In this document: positions 11,711-23,373 of the stretch, piece after piece
Layout of the letters: each line of letters starts with the position of its first letter
Position numbering within the stretch: position 1 is the stretch's first letter
Assembly: GCF_964355755.1 (NCBI RefSeq)
Contig: NC_092677.1
Coordinates: forward strand, 5,168,101 to 5,232,100
Source of the DNA: Antedon mediterranea
Lineage: Eukaryota > Animalia > Echinodermata
Length of the DNA: 64,000 bases
Direction: 5' to 3'
Made by a program: the position numbers and the translations under genes
Notes under the pieces: model-generated
What the model was told of the DNA's origin: nothing
The model's input: the letters and a program-made list of their open reading frames with translations, nothing else
Databases searched by the model: none

Positions 11711-13720
11711 AGGCCTAACAAAAAAAGCTCATTTACAATATATTAGGAAATTAAGTGTCGCCTGTGTAAATGGTGACTCCAAACGTTTTTTTAGTTATGT
11801 TAAGACAAGGCGTAAGACTGGACAAGTCAAAAACTTTGTTTTTAATGGTATACCCTTGGTTTCCGATATCGATGCGGTAAATGCATTTTCCACATTCTTT
11901 GCGTCAAACTTTAACGAACCTAATCGTAATTTCAATGTTAACCATGAGATCTGTAATTGTGTTCACCCAGATATTGTTCCCCTTAATAACATTAATATTA
12001 CTGAAAAAACTATTTTCGAGGCTCTATTGTCATTGAAACCCAACAAATCCCCTGGACCAGACGGGATTACACCTAAAATGTTATCCATGTCAGCTCCAAT
12101 TATTGCCCCAGTGTTGTGCAAAATGTTTAACAAGTTCTTAACGGATGGCTTTGTACCAAAAGATTGGAAACTCGCGAATGTCACTCCTATTTTTAAGTCA
12201 GGTAATCGTAACGATGTTAATAATTATCGACCCATATCGCTATGTTCTATTATAGGTAAGGTTTTTGAACGTATTATAGCAGATAACATTCTTTTTCATC
12301 TTCAATTTTTTGGATTTATAAGTCCCACGCAACACGGGTTTTATCCAGGTAGATCGTGTGTTACACAGGCCTCAGCGTTATATCATGATTGGTCACAAAC
12401 AATGGATGTTAGACAACCTCCTGTAATTGATGCAATATTCCTTGATTGGGAGAAGGCCTTTGACCGTGTTCCCCATGATTTAGTAATCAAGAAACTGCAC
12501 AACATGGGAGTATGTGGACCTCTCCTAAAGTGTCTTCACTCCTTTCTCAGTGACAGATTCCAACGTGTTGTTCTTAATAAGGAGCATTCTGATTGGGATA
12601 GAGTGGGCTCGGGTGTTCCTCAGGGATCAGTGTTAGGCCCGCTTCTATTTAATCTCTTTGTTTATGACCTACCTCTAAATACCTCTTCTGTTATGAAGCA
12701 GTATGCAGATGACACAGTAATTTATAAACCTGTATTCAGTCGTCATGATGCACTTACCTTACAACAGGATCTTTGTAAAATTTCCAAATGGTGTGAGGAT
12801 AATAAAATGAAATTAAATGCAAAGAAGTGTAAAGTCATGCACATAACTAGGAAACGTAATTATATCCCTCATTTTATTTATACAATCGAATCCAATCCCC
12901 TTGAAGCTGTTAATTCACATAAATATCTTGGTATTAACTTCTCACGTGATTTAACATGGTCTGCTCACGTTAATGATGTATCGATGAAATCAATGAGAAT
13001 GCTTGGGTTTATCAAACGGTTTGTAGGTTTCAATGACACCGAAATTTTACTACGACTTTTTAATGCACTATGTCGACCTGTTATTGAATATGGTGCTCCT
13101 GTGTGGGATCCACATCAAAAACAACATAATATAGCTATTAACAAGTCATTAAGACGGGTTACTAAATTGTGTGTTGAAGGCGATTTCACTGACAGGCTTA
13201 AGATACTAAATTTACCAGATATGGTTCAAAGAATGAAATTTCATAGTATAATTTTTGTAGTTAAGTGTTTGCATAATTTAATTGATTTTGATATATTTGA
13301 ATACCTTACAATTAATTCTCGGTATCCAGAGTCGCTCACCTTTAAACACATGTATGCTAGAACTAATGCATTTAAATACTCCCTGTTTGTTAATTTTCCT
13401 CGAATATGGGAATGTATCCCGCATGAAGTTCGTAACAAAGTCCTGTTTAACTTTGGGGGGTTTAGAAGGGATTTGAAAAAATGTATTACTGATATCGAAT
13501 TCATCTAGACTATCACTGTGTTTTTATGTCTTTTGCGTTTTTCGTACTATTAGTTGGGAAAGCCACTCGACAGTGCAGTTCTTTTGAACTGATCCACTTT
13601 TGGTTACCCGCAGGTGCTGATAGTACTTTGTTCTGTTTTGTTGAATGATGCCGTGCCTTGTTTATGATTTGTGTATGTTACCTGGAAATTGAATAAAATA
13701 AAATAAAATAAAATAAAAAA
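11711..13720 (+). mobile_element. 5'-truncated CR1-group (CR1/L2/Crack-like) LINE
   Basis: (AAATA)n 3' tail at 13692-13720; ATG duplicated at 11708-11710 and 13721-13723. Removing it restores the MULE frame ...AMMDILGRARVW. Confidence 0.92.
11712..13508 (+). CDS. LINE ORF2 reverse transcriptase (uninterrupted, endonuclease domain missing)
   Basis: KSPGPDGI, YRPISL, QHGF, LDWEKAFD, GVPQGSVLGP, YADD and KYLG motifs; the frame is open back to the insertion point. Confidence 0.93.
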   Translation, partial: GLTKKAHLQYIRKLSVACVNGDSKRFFSYVKTRRKTGQVKNFVFNGIPLVSDIDAVNAFSTFFASNFNEPNRNFNVNHEICNCVHPDIVPLNNINITEKTIFEALLSLKPNKSPGPDGITPKMLSMSAPIIAPVLCKMFNKFLTDGFVPKDWKLANVTPIFKSGNRNDVNNYRPISLCSIIGKVFERIIADNILFHLQFFGFISPTQHGFYPGRSCVTQASALYHDWSQTMDVRQPPVIDAIFLDWEKAFDRVPHDLVIKKLHNMGVCGPLLKCLHSFLSDRFQRVVLNKEHSDWDRVGSGVPQGSVLGPLLFNLFVYDLPLNTSSVMKQYADDTVIYKPVFSRHDALTLQQDLCKISKWCEDNKMKLNAKKCKVMHITRKRNYIPHFIYTIESNPLEAVNSHKYLGINFSRDLTWSAHVNDVSMKSMRMLGFIKRFVGFNDTEILLRLFNALCRPVIEYGAPVWDPHQKQHNIAINKSLRRVTKLCVEGDFTDRLKILNLPDMVQRMKFHSIIFVVKCLHNLIDFDIFEYLTINSRYPESLTFKHMYARTNAFKYSLFVNFPRIWECIPHEVRNKVLFNFGGFRRDLKKCITDIEFI

Positions 13721-15450
13721 ATGTCCATCATAGCATCAGTTGCAAATAAAACATGCCGTCCACCATCAATGACCACATCGTCTCGAAGAAAGCCTGGTGC
13801 TATGTTGGTTTTGGAGTTCGAATTGCAAGTTGGACGGATGCCTTGGTCTGGACAACTTTCGTCGTAGGTTGGCTTGTCTTGCGAGGCTGGAAGGTTTAGG
13901 CAGAGTAGGATGAAGAGCAATTTGACCAACACCGATGTCATCACGCATTATGGTGTCCACGATTTCAGCTGCTGAGTCGAAAGGTCGTTCCAGAGCTGTA
14001 GCTTTTATCTTACGACGGATCACGGCCACCTTACCACGTCCTGTAGAGTAAAGATGAAAGGGAAAAAGAAATACACACATTATTAATCAGTAATTCACGA
14101 TCATTTTGAGTTAAAGCGCATGATTTGCAAACATGTTTTTTTAGTTTTATATTGATCGAAACGTCGAGAAACTCAACAGTTTTCGAGAAACTCAACAGTT
14201 TTCGGAACAGATATACGTGGTGTACTTTATCAAAAATTTGATTTTGCCATGCATAATATATTGCTGAATAAAAAAAAAATGTGGATGTGAGATGATAAAA
14301 ACTATAAATGCACGTACCTGGCATCATCCCGCATATGTGCTCGTGGAGTCCTCTAGTATATACCCCATCTCTTTCTAAAACCGTTGCTTTACAGGTTAAG
14401 GCAGGAGTCCTACGGTAGCACCGCCAAGTTGTGTTCGCCCGCCTCCGATCAACCTTCTTTGTATATTGGTATCCTAGGCTATCTATCAAAGTTGCCTGTT
14501 AAATAAAAATGTCATATGATAATAAATCAAACGCAAAGAAAAGTTAGGCAAATCATGTTTCAACAGTTGGAACTTGCTTCAGAAGATCAACAAATAAAGT
14601 TTAAAATATTAATTTATAATTGGACCTGCCTCACTTCTTCCGGAGATTGCTTTATATTATTACATAAGAATAACATGTATAAGCACTGAAACAAATACTA
14701 TCTAATACGGTATAATTATTTAAAATAACAATAAGAATGTAAATTAAATCAATTCCTTTTATATCCTAGACGGATCTACTTTTTTTTCCGAAATAAAAGA
14801 TGAATGAATGAATAACAAAAATAAATTCTGAACTATGAAAAGAGCTATATAAAATACACCCTTACCTTTCCTTTCGCCGATGTGCCTTCCTCCACTACGT
14901 ACTGGATTTCGTCACCCTCGTCGTCATTTCCTGCCACAGGATTCGGCTGTGGATAAGGATTCTCCATCTCGACTTCCTGATGTACTTCTGGCTCAACAAA
15001 CTGTCCCAGGTCGGCGGCAAACACATCGATTTCATCTGGCATCGGTTGATCATTTTCAGAACATTGTCGGCAACTCCATTCAATATAACCATTCTCCACT
15101 CCTCTTAAATACTCTGCTCGCGTCACTCCACTATCACACTCGCGATGTTGCCATCTATCACACTCCTCACATAGCAGTCCTTCTTGATTCTCGATAACAG
15201 GTTGTTGGCATTCAATACAAGCGTTCATGTTGATAATTTGATAAAAAGTAATGTTCAATTGGAAAAAACTCCATTTTAAAGGAAAACGCAAGCACCAAAA
15301 AGTGCGTGGCATTTCTGTGCAAATAATAGATTATTGTCTTTATGTAATGTTAGATGACGCCGATACGCGGAGCTCCACAGATAATGTGACTAGGCGCGGT
15401 TAATGCGCTAACATCTAACATAAATTCAAAACAATTAGCCCCGCGAAGGT

Positions 15451-16450
15451 GTTGTTGATACACATAATAGTAAAACAATAGGACACAACTTCATTTAAAG
15501 TGCTTTATTTGCACGTTAGAATGTTTGAATATTATTCCACAATTTCATATGTTATTGAATTTAATATAGACCTAATAAGTAACAATATAAATAGCTTTAC
15601 TACATAACATATATTAATATTATTACAGTACGTTTGTATTTGTTTTGCCTATTTCAACTTCAATAATTGATACAGTATTTGTTTGAATACGTTAAATAAA
15701 TTTATATTGCGCTTAGAATGGTGAATTATTATAATAAACATTATTTTTATAAAAACTTAACTAAAAAATACGTTTATTCTTTGATTTTATTCTTAAACAT
15801 ATTGGTTGGTTTCATTTATTTTTTTTCTCCATCATGGTTTCATAGGCTTTACTGTACGTTTATAATACTGCATTGGCTTGTTGTAGCTGCGGCGGTATTG
15901 GCGTCCCATAGAAAATGTTGGCGGCCGTTTCAGTCGGCGGCCGTTTCGGTGTTGTTGATACACATAATAGTAAAACAATAGGACACAACTTCATTTAAAG
16001 TGCTTTATTTGCACGTTAGAATGTTTGAATATTATTCCACAATTTCATATGTTATTGAATTTAATATAGACCTAATAAGTAACAATATAAATAGCTTTAC
16101 TACATAACATATATTAATATTATTACAGTACGTTTGTATTTGTTTTGCCTATTTCAACTTCAATAATTGATACAGTATTTGTTTGAATACGTTAAATAAA
16201 TTTATATTGCGCTTAGAATGGTGAATTATTATAATAAACATTATTTTTATAAAAACTTAACTAAAAAATACGTTTATTCTTTGATTTTATTCTTAAACAT
16301 ATTGGTTGGTTTCATTTATTTTTTTTCTCCATCATGGTTTCATAGGCTTTACTGTACGTTTATAATACTGCATTGGCTTGTTGTAGCTGCGGCGGTATTG
16401 GCGTCCCATAGAAAATGTTGGCGGCCGTTTCAGTCGGCGGCCGTTTCGGT
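15451..16450 (+). repeat. Exact-looking 500-bp tandem duplication of the MULE subterminal region including most of the TIR
   Basis: 15451-15950 and 15951-16450 read identically; GGT microhomology at the junction. Confidence 0.92.
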
Positions 16451-17104
16451 CACACACCCTAGTTAGTAGGCCTACTACCGGGATCGGAGTACAGTACTAC
16501 TATTCTAGGCCTAGTTTGCTTTCAGGGTTTGTTTATATATATATTTAAGTCATATTTATTAAGTATTTGAGAAAACTCATTAAAAAAAACAAGGTAGAAA
16601 AGACCCAACAATATCTTTCAAAACACGATCGTTGCTGGTGGCCGAATGACGTACTTTCTGTACGCACCACGTTGTAGAGTTCATCCATTGAGTACACACA
16701 GTAATTGCTAGGCCAAATAATAACATAAAGGTTTTACCATTCCCCGTCGGGGAGGAAAACATTTATATAGTATTACAACGCCAGTATTGACATGCATGTA
16801 TTTAGCGCGGTAACTAATGTACACCCCTGTTACGGACTGGACCATTAATCGCTCCACGAAACCACGTTGGAGCGATTCTCCTCCGCACACAGCCAGAGCG
16901 AGAGAGAAGCGAGGTCGAATAAATACAAGTTTTTACCATTTCCCGTCCAGGGGAAATCAGTTCTCTTATAATTACAGCCCCGATACCGTGCGCATATGTT
17001 TACGTTGATATTATTTAATTGCACACCTCATTTTGGACTGTACCATTTTCGGAACCTTGTTTTGTTTTCATTATAAACATGGGCTGATGTCAGACAAATA
17101 TCTG

Positions 17105-17261
17105 CGCCAGTAAGGCAAAAGGCACACCACAATAAAGACGACCGGATACGTAAGACTCAAGTAGAATAAGATCTTTATTCGTCAAAACCAAATATCACAA
17201 CAATAACATAACAACCAGCGGCCATGATATATATACCTAGATAGGGGGCGCTAGACTGGCG
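17105..17261 (-). repeat. 3' LTR (CGCCAGT...ACTGGCG)
   Basis: Direct repeat of 22402-22558. Confidence 0.95.
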
Positions 17262-17381
17262 TAATCATTTTTTTTTTCTCTTCTCATAAAACACAAAAGT
17301 CAAAAACAAAACAAAGCAAGCAAAAGCACTCAAAATCTAAATTGAATGGTCGAAACTTAACTATATAATACGAATGAAACA

Positions 17382-20300
17382 TTATAAATCAAGAACGTAG
17401 TCAGCGAGATGTCTAGGAAATCTGCGTGAACGTGTGGATGTGCGATGAGACAACTGTGCTGGAACTTCCATTGGTGATTCTTCCGGGGTCTGTATGGATG
17501 ATGACTTGTCGTTCACCTCATCAGGAGAGGCAGAAAGAGTTGACGGTACCTCGGGTGGAGGAAATAGAGACGGATCAACTGTGAAATCAGGTTCTTCATC
17601 AGAGGTGTCGCAGTGGCGTTGTGAGGTTGGTGTGGGAGAATGATGAACGTCAGTCGGTACAGTAAAACACTCTGATTTCTTTACACGATAAGTAGCGCTT
17701 CTCAATTGTGAGTGCGTAAACTTTCGGACGTTGCACCACTTTCCATCTACAGAAACAACGAGATAGCGATCTCGTGCACAGGTCTTGCGACGATCTGTCC
17801 ACAGGTAGACTAAATCACCAACCGTAATAGAAACGTCAGGTGCTGCACACGCGACGGATGCCTTAGACTTTTCGCTGTGCGCGTGATTAGAGGCTCTGAG
17901 GTGCTGTTGGCTGATAATCAACTTGCGGTCAGAAATAGGGATTTGGTCATGAGTGAACTGATCTCGCTGTGTCCACATTTCGCGAGACGACAATCCTCGT
18001 GTTCGGATACGGGAGTTAAGACGAGATGTGGCGACAGCAAGCACCGTCGGTGAGATGGGACCACCACCAGGCTCTTGCCGAAGTAACTCTTCTGACAATT
18101 CGCGTACAGCTTTCTCTCCAACCGGGTTTTTGTTGATGTTCTTAACTCTGCCAATTTCGATCGAAATCCTATGTTTCAGTAAGACGGGATCGTGGACGAG
18201 TGCCATGAAGCCCGGGGCAGGGTCTGTGCGGATGGTTGCTGAGGGGCCCTCCACGGGGCACATGCCAATGCATAAGCGAATCAAGGTATCGCGGCGGAGA
18301 GTATCGTGCTTCTCATCGCTGATTAAACACGAAAGGGTGTAAGACGTCACCGTCTCTCTGACAACAAGAATAAGTTGACGCTCGCGTTTTAGGACATCGG
18401 CGGCAAAGGTGACTCCGAGCTTCGACGGAGGATCATCAGTGGACTGCTCAATTGCAGTGGTGGGTACAGTACGGATCGAGCCACAGTGATGACACGATTC
18501 TGACACCTGTTCGATGGTTTTGTCCAAGTCAAGCGCAAAGAAGTGGCGGCGAACGGATAACTTAAGTTGGTGACTAGTTGGGTGATCTAGCCGGACGTGA
18601 AGTGATGTCAGCAGTCCGTTTAATACGGGGCGAGGGACAATAATACATTCATGCTTAAGTGAGAGTGGTTCAGTGCGGTTGACTACAAGGAGACCATCTC
18701 TTCCAATGGAACAACAGTTAAGGTACCGTTTAATGTCCCTGACATTGGTTAACTTTTTAGATGGGCGCGTTCCTTGAATAAGATGAGCTTTTACACGCCG
18801 AAGGTCAAGACACTCGGATTGGATGGCTAGCCGAGCTGGCCGACTGGTGAACGGGAGTTTGGCGTCTCCAGTAATGAAATCACGTATCGATGAACGTAGT
18901 ACCGTTGACTCTATCGCGCCGTTGACAAATGAGCAAACCTGACAGTTGTCAACTGAGCATGGTGGAGCATTGCGACTAGCAAAGTCGGATGGGACGTTGG
19001 CTGAGCCTGCCAGGTGCCGAATAGAAATCTGGTACCTGCTAGCGGTGGACAGGAAGGTGGACACACGGGGACTGACTGAGAATTCTCCCCTGCATAGCTT
19101 TTCAAGCGCTTGGACGCATGGCTTACTGTCAGTTAGGACACATGTGTTATGTCGAGACTGGATAATAAAAGGACTAAAATGTTTAACGGCTGCCGCGATA
19201 GCCAAAGCTTCGATCTCGCAGGGTAGCCATGTGACCTGACGCGCACGGAGTTTGGCACTAAAAAAGCCGGCTAACTGTGGTTTGGATTCACGAGTAACGT
19301 ATAAGGTTGCGCCTAGACCATGACTTTTAACAGCACCATCCGTAACGATCCACAGTTGGTCATCGGGATGAGGTAAAACTATGACCTTGTTTGAGTCAAG
19401 TGCGTTCTGTGCTACTTTAAATGCTTCATGTAAGGCATCGTACCAATGTATTGTTTCTTTGGACTGTAAGCCGGCTATGGCTTCTTCCAGTAAAGCGATG
19501 AGAGATGCGCACTGAGGTAAAACGCGTGCTAACACCTTATATGCCCCGATAAAGGAGCGTAAACCTTTTACCGTCGGTGGTGGAGTGCATGCCTTTAACG
19601 TTGAAATACGATGAGTATTTGCGCGAATAGAACCTAGGGACCAGGTCCACCCAAGAATGGTTGTAGTTTGTGGACAAATCACCGTTTTGCTAGCAGACAA
19701 TCGCAGACCACACTTGTAAATGCATTGGAGTAGACGCCGCCAATTGTAAATTAACTCCTCTAAACTGTCCCCTCCACAATAAAGGTCATCCGCAAGCTTT
19801 GCTACTACTCCCTCCTTAATCAAATCCCCCAGTACCCGACAAGTCAGCTCTTCGAGGGCGGTCTCTGAACCAGGCATACCCATGGCACACCGGGCATAAA
19901 CTCTCACACCTCGAAATGGTGTGGCAACGCCGCAGTACTTCATAGAAGCGCGAGACAAAGGAATCTGGTAAAAGGCCTTTGTGAGGTCAGTAGTGATTAT
20001 GTGCTTCCATTTTGCGATGTTACGTAGAACGGAGTTGACATCCGGCATAAGGGAGGGTTGGGGTTTTGCATATCGTCCGACCTCGGCGAATGCTGTAACC
20101 AGACGGTAACCACCACTCTCTTTTTTGACAAGGAAAGATGGGTTAAGATATTCGACTTGGACACCGACGTCCTCGGGGCGAACAAATACTCCCACTTCCT
20201 CAAGCTCATCAAATTTGTCCTGTAGCTCAACCAGTTTATCTCTGGAGTACTGAGGAACTCGACCTTTCCTCTGAGGAGGCTGTACAGGTCCCATGTTAAC

Positions 20301-21269
20301 AACAGCCTGGAATGGGCCAACAGAGCCGTTGTAGGCTTTAATCATAGGATCGAAAACAACATCGTATTCAGTAAGAATGGATTGGAATTGGGATTTCACA
20401 TTCTGTGGGAGGATATGGTCTGGATCTAGCTTGACATAATCAGAAAACGCGACAGAGGAAGGAGGCTTACAGGGCTTAGATGGCGACTTTTGGGGAATAG
20501 CATTTTCGGCCGACAATGGCACAAAGGTGGGTCGGACTTGGCAAAAATGTTCGTGTCGTTTGATGACCTGAGGTGTGTCGGTGGAGTTTGGGATACGTAC
20601 CCTTCCCGCAACACTAGAGACCAAGTCAAACTTTGGCCAGGTTCGAGGAAACGTACCCTTACTATGTGGTTCGAGAGCAAACACGTCATCTTGTTGGATG
20701 AAGTCAGACGGAATGGCTACCTCGATAAATTCTCCCGGCCATATAGTGGTCTCCTTTTCAGGAGCACGAAGCACACAAGCACGTCGAACCGTGTTATGGT
20801 GAAGGCCCTGTACCTGGGAACCATAGATGTACGTGGTACCGTCACCCAATTTGATTTCCCGCTTCGCAGGTCGGAGGGCGATATCATTTAGCTCCATAAA
20901 AGGAGTTCCGGCAAGAATGTCGACGTCAAGTTTTTCGACAACGAGACCCTCAAATTTGAATTCCCTGTCGTCCCTTGTGAGAATAATTGTGGTTTCGCCT
21001 ACGACCGAAAGTGGGGAAGATCCGTCAGCCTGATGGGCAGACTGAGAGCTACTTTTAATGGTGGCGCCAAGGGCAGTGGCAGCAGTAAAGGCAATCATGT
21101 TTCCTGTAGCCCCACTGTCTAGTGTGATTCTGGCTGTGTGGTGTTGGTGAAATGTGTCAAGGTATGGGGACTGGCGAACTTGGACTCGTAAAGCTGTCGA
21201 CGGTGCACTATTATCACCAGGTTCATCCGAGGTGTTATCATCATCGATGATGCCAACGATTTGTCGGGC
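17382..21269 (-). CDS. pol: Gypsy pol polyprotein (protease, RT, RNase H, integrase)
   Basis: The frame is open upstream of the listed ATG and includes the LDSGA protease motif. Also [32 protein letters not shown] (RNase H), H..H..C..C, and the ADV/RTDP/EKAV integrase triad. Confidence 0.93.
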   Translation of the reverse strand, partial: ARQIVGIIDDDNTSDEPGDNSAPSTALRVQVRQSPYLDTFHQHHTARITLDSGATGNMIAFTAATALGATIKSSSQSAHQADGSSPLSVVGETTIILTRDDREFKFEGLVVEKLDVDILAGTPFMELNDIALRPAKREIKLGDGTTYIYGSQVQGLHHNTVRRACVLRAPEKETTIWPGEFIEVAIPSDFIQQDDVFALEPHSKGTFPRTWPKFDLVSSVAGRVRIPNSTDTPQVIKRHEHFCQVRPTFVPLSAENAIPQKSPSKPCKPPSSVAFSDYVKLDPDHILPQNVKSQFQSILTEYDVVFDPMIKAYNGSVGPFQAVVNMGPVQPPQRKGRVPQYSRDKLVELQDKFDELEEVGVFVRPEDVGVQVEYLNPSFLVKKESGGYRLVTAFAEVGRYAKPQPSLMPDVNSVLRNIAKWKHIITTDLTKAFYQIPLSRASMKYCGVATPFRGVRVYARCAMGMPGSETALEELTCRVLGDLIKEGVVAKLADDLYCGGDSLEELIYNWRRLLQCIYKCGLRLSASKTVICPQTTTILGWTWSLGSIRANTHRISTLKACTPPPTVKGLRSFIGAYKVLARVLPQCASLIALLEEAIAGLQSKETIHWYDALHEAFKVAQNALDSNKVIVLPHPDDQLWIVTDGAVKSHGLGATLYVTRESKPQLAGFFSAKLRARQVTWLPCEIEALAIAAAVKHFSPFIIQSRHNTCVLTDSKPCVQALEKLCRGEFSVSPRVSTFLSTASRYQISIRHLAGSANVPSDFASRNAPPCSVDNCQVCSFVNGAIESTVLRSSIRDFITGDAKLPFTSRPARLAIQSECLDLRRVKAHLIQGTRPSKKLTNVRDIKRYLNCCSIGRDGLLVVNRTEPLSLKHECIIVPRPVLNGLLTSLHVRLDHPTSHQLKLSVRRHFFALDLDKTIEQVSESCHHCGSIRTVPTTAIEQSTDDPPSKLGVTFAADVLKRERQLILVVRETVTSYTLSCLISDEKHDTLRRDTLIRLCIGMCPVEGPSATIRTDPAPGFMALVHDPVLLKHRISIEIGRVKNINKNPVGEKAVRELSEELLRQEPGGGPISPTVLAVATSRLNSRIRTRGLSSREMWTQRDQFTHDQIPISDRKLIISQQHLRASNHAHSEKSKASVACAAPDVSITVGDLVYLWTDRRKTCARDRYLVVSVDGKWCNVRKFTHSQLRSATYRVKKSECFTVPTDVHHSPTPTSQRHCDTSDEEPDFTVDPSLFPPPEVPSTLSASPDEVNDKSSSIQTPEESPMEVPAQLSHRTSTRSRRFPRHLADYVLDL

Positions 21270-22203
21270 TTAAGGCCATGTATTTCCTGTCTGACTCGGG
21301 CAAATGAGGGCATTCACTGAGGAAATGCTTGTCGTCCGATCGGCCGCTCTGTTTACAGATAGGACAGGACTTGTGTTGGGAAAACTGTGGTCGGGAGAAT
21401 GACTGCCGAGCATTGGAATTTCGGCGTGAATCAGTAGAGCGGGGTGTGAAAGCTGAAGGAGAGCGAAATGTGGATGACCGAAAAACACGCGCATCATCCG
21501 CAGTTCGTAACTCTTCTAAGAGAGAGTCTAAAGCTTGAGAAATCTCCGGTTTCACTGACGCTAGAGTTCGAGTGCGGAGCTCAGTGCCATACCTTTGCTT
21601 AACCAACTTAGGAAGGCCTTTGTGGATGAGAGAGAGCCAAGTAAGAACTACCAAATTTTCCAACGAGGGTGAAAGTTCTTCGTCCTCCTGTATTTGGGCG
21701 TCATGGTGGGAAATGCCCCCGTCTTGACGTAGTAAATTATCATGGACGAAAGCAACTAAGCGCTGATAGAGATCTTCCGGCCTTTCATTATCTTGTAAAA
21801 GTATATCAGCAAAATCAATAAAATGGGCGCCGGTTGACTGGAATCCATAATGCAGTCGGATAGTTTGCCAAATTTGTGAAAGTGAGGAGGAGCTTTTAAC
21901 AATGGTATTCCGGGAAATTATAGGGCAAAAATTAGCGATCTGACCGAGCATGAGTTCAAGGATAGTGAGTTTTTGTTGGGCGGTATGACGACGTGCAACA
22001 GGTACCTCCTCATTGTCGTCAGTTAAGCCGCGAAGGGGGGATGCCCTGGTTTTGGGACGCCAAACAGAACCATCTAGGAGAAATGGGGCAAAATTTGCAT
22101 CAAGTGAGAGTGTGTAGATAAGGTTTTGCTTCCAGTTTTCGAATGTATTTATAGTTTCGTTCTTGGTTAAGCACCATTGCTTGGGTGCTCTAGTACCGGC
22201 CAT
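21241..22203 (-). CDS. gag: Gypsy gag-like protein
   Basis: [10 protein letters not shown] start just downstream of the PBS; C-terminal CPICK...HFLSEC zinc-knuckle-like motif. Confidence 0.85.
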   Translation of the reverse strand: MAGTRAPKQWCLTKNETINTFENWKQNLIYTLSLDANFAPFLLDGSVWRPKTRASPLRGLTDDNEEVPVARRHTAQQKLTILELMLGQIANFCPIISRNTIVKSSSSLSQIWQTIRLHYGFQSTGAHFIDFADILLQDNERPEDLYQRLVAFVHDNLLRQDGGISHHDAQIQEDEELSPSLENLVVLTWLSLIHKGLPKLVKQRYGTELRTRTLASVKPEISQALDSLLEELRTADDARVFRSSTFRSPSAFTPRSTDSRRNSNARQSFSRPQFSQHKSCPICKQSGRSDDKHFLSECPHLPESDRKYMALSPTNRWHHR

Positions 22204-22401
22204 GGTAAGAAATATATACAGAAGTCTAGGTGTTGTCAGTTGCACGTGTGAAGCAACAGCCGATCGGCGCCTGTGAAAGCGTAGAGTATGTGATGATATG
22301 CTAGCTCGATTTGTTGGGCTAGGCCTACTAGATTAGGTAGGCTACTCACCAGTACTAGTCGAATAATGGTGGGTGGGCTCGTAATCGTATAGCTGCCACC
22401 A

Positions 22402-22558
22402 CGCCAGTAAGGCAAAAGGCACACCACAATAAAGACGACCGGACACGTAAGACTCAAGAAGAATAAGATCTTTATTCGTCAAAACCAAATATCACAACAA
22501 TAACATAACAACCAGCGGCCATGATATATATACCTAGATAGGGGGCGCTAGACTGGCG
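22402..22558 (-). repeat. 5' LTR
   Basis: Direct repeat of 17105-17261, followed on the minus strand by the PBS. Confidence 0.95.
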
Positions 22559-23373
22559 CTGCTTTAAACGTCAATTTAGCAACTTATTAAGTCGTTTCAT
22601 AAGCAGAGAATGTATAAAGCAAGTATACAATGCAGACATGTTAGATAGAAATATACTAAAAGACATGTAATAAACGTGTTAGAAGAACGTAATAATTGTA
22701 CTTTCTACACCGAGCGGCGGAAAACCCATTCACAGTCACAGTTATTTGAGCGAATACTGTACTTGGCCTAAAACACTAGCGCTGTATTTTAATTTAAATA
22801 TTTGGCTTACGGTTACGAAAATACAAGGAAACATCATTTTATAATTTTACTATTAATATTATTAGGCTATTTATTGACCTATTAAAGATCGCTAAATATG
22901 TTTTTTTTTGTGGGGGCTTAGGTACAGTAGCTCTCTATTCTAGCCTCCCTGTTGTACACTTCTCACTGTACGCCTCACATTATATAAAATAATACGACGT
23001 GAACTCTAAACAAAACCCCGATGAAAAACAATTTACATGAATTCTATAAACTTTCTTATTTATTGTTTGCCTAAACAATAGAGAAAAAATAAACTTTGTT
23101 ACATACAGTAACAGGCGGGTTCAGATTACCTAAATATGATGGTAGAGGCCTAAACAATAGAAACAAAACAAACTGATACCCACGTGTGTGTTGTCGCGGG
23201 CGTCGTACCGGGAGTTCCATATTTTACCAGTAAAAAGCTACAAAGTGATGACGTCATGGTCCACACGGCAAATACAGGCACGCGGCAATTACACATATTT
23301 TACACGCGCGACAAACGCGGGTTATGGTACATGATTTGTAGTCAGTACTGTAGTGTGTATTCATCTGTTGCAG

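Larger units (their letters stand above)
10571..15228 (-). pseudogene. PHD finger-FLYWCH-MULE transposase, disrupted by a frameshift (~13803) and a LINE insertion
   Basis: Exons 15228-14866 (CIEC...CEECDRWQHREC...WSCRQC, PHD), 14495-14318 (GYQY...WRC...C...HEH, FLYWCH), 14040-13721 plus 11707-11687, 11599-11311 (YLDGTFK, ADYE, CLFH), 11204-10892 (RTNNDLEGYH), 10806-10571. Confidence 0.9.
9418..16459 (-). mobile_element. Mutator/MULE (FLYWCH, Phantom-like) DNA transposon
   Basis: Imperfect TIRs: GGTTTACAGCCGAAACGGCCGCCAACTGAAACGGCCGCC on the left vs reverse complement GGTGTGTGACCGAAACGGCCGCCGACTGAAACGGCCGCC on the right. They enclose a MULE transposase. Only CTA/CTAG is repeated at the flanks. 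Confidence 0.85.
17105..22558 (-). mobile_element. Gypsy/Ty3 LTR retrotransposon, full length
   Basis: 157-bp LTRs at 17105-17261 and 22402-22558 with 2 mismatches; PBS TGGTGGCAGC (22401-22392); purine tract GAGAAGAGAAAAAAAAAAA next to the 3' LTR; gag then PR-RT-RH-IN order; CTG duplicated at the flanks. Confidence 0.96.
158..23221. mobile_element. Putative autonomous IS3EU-like DNA transposon carrying a DDE transposase and a HECT ligase; right boundary tentative; contains nested MULE, LINE and Gypsy insertions
   Basis: Left end TATGGAACGCCGGG at 158 is followed by a CGGCGACT repeat array. Candidate right end CCGGGAGTTCCATA at 23208-23221 is a 12/14 inverted match. TAYGG termini are also seen in the TSD-flanked element at 26530-27639. 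The flanks (TAAAAC vs TTTTAC) do not form a clean 6-bp TSD. Confidence 0.6.

Noticed and set aside
15718-16466. Two near-identical hydrophobic ORFs
   Set aside because: AT-rich MULE subterminal DNA duplicated by the 500-bp repeat
16580-16762. P-loop-like SPTGNGKT in a 60-aa ORF
   Set aside because: No Walker B or helicase context and no compatible exons found; likely chance
17918-21538. Several overlapping or antisense ORFs within the Gypsy element
   Set aside because: Alternative-frame shadows of the GC-richer gag/pol sequence; no env-like or extra gene supported
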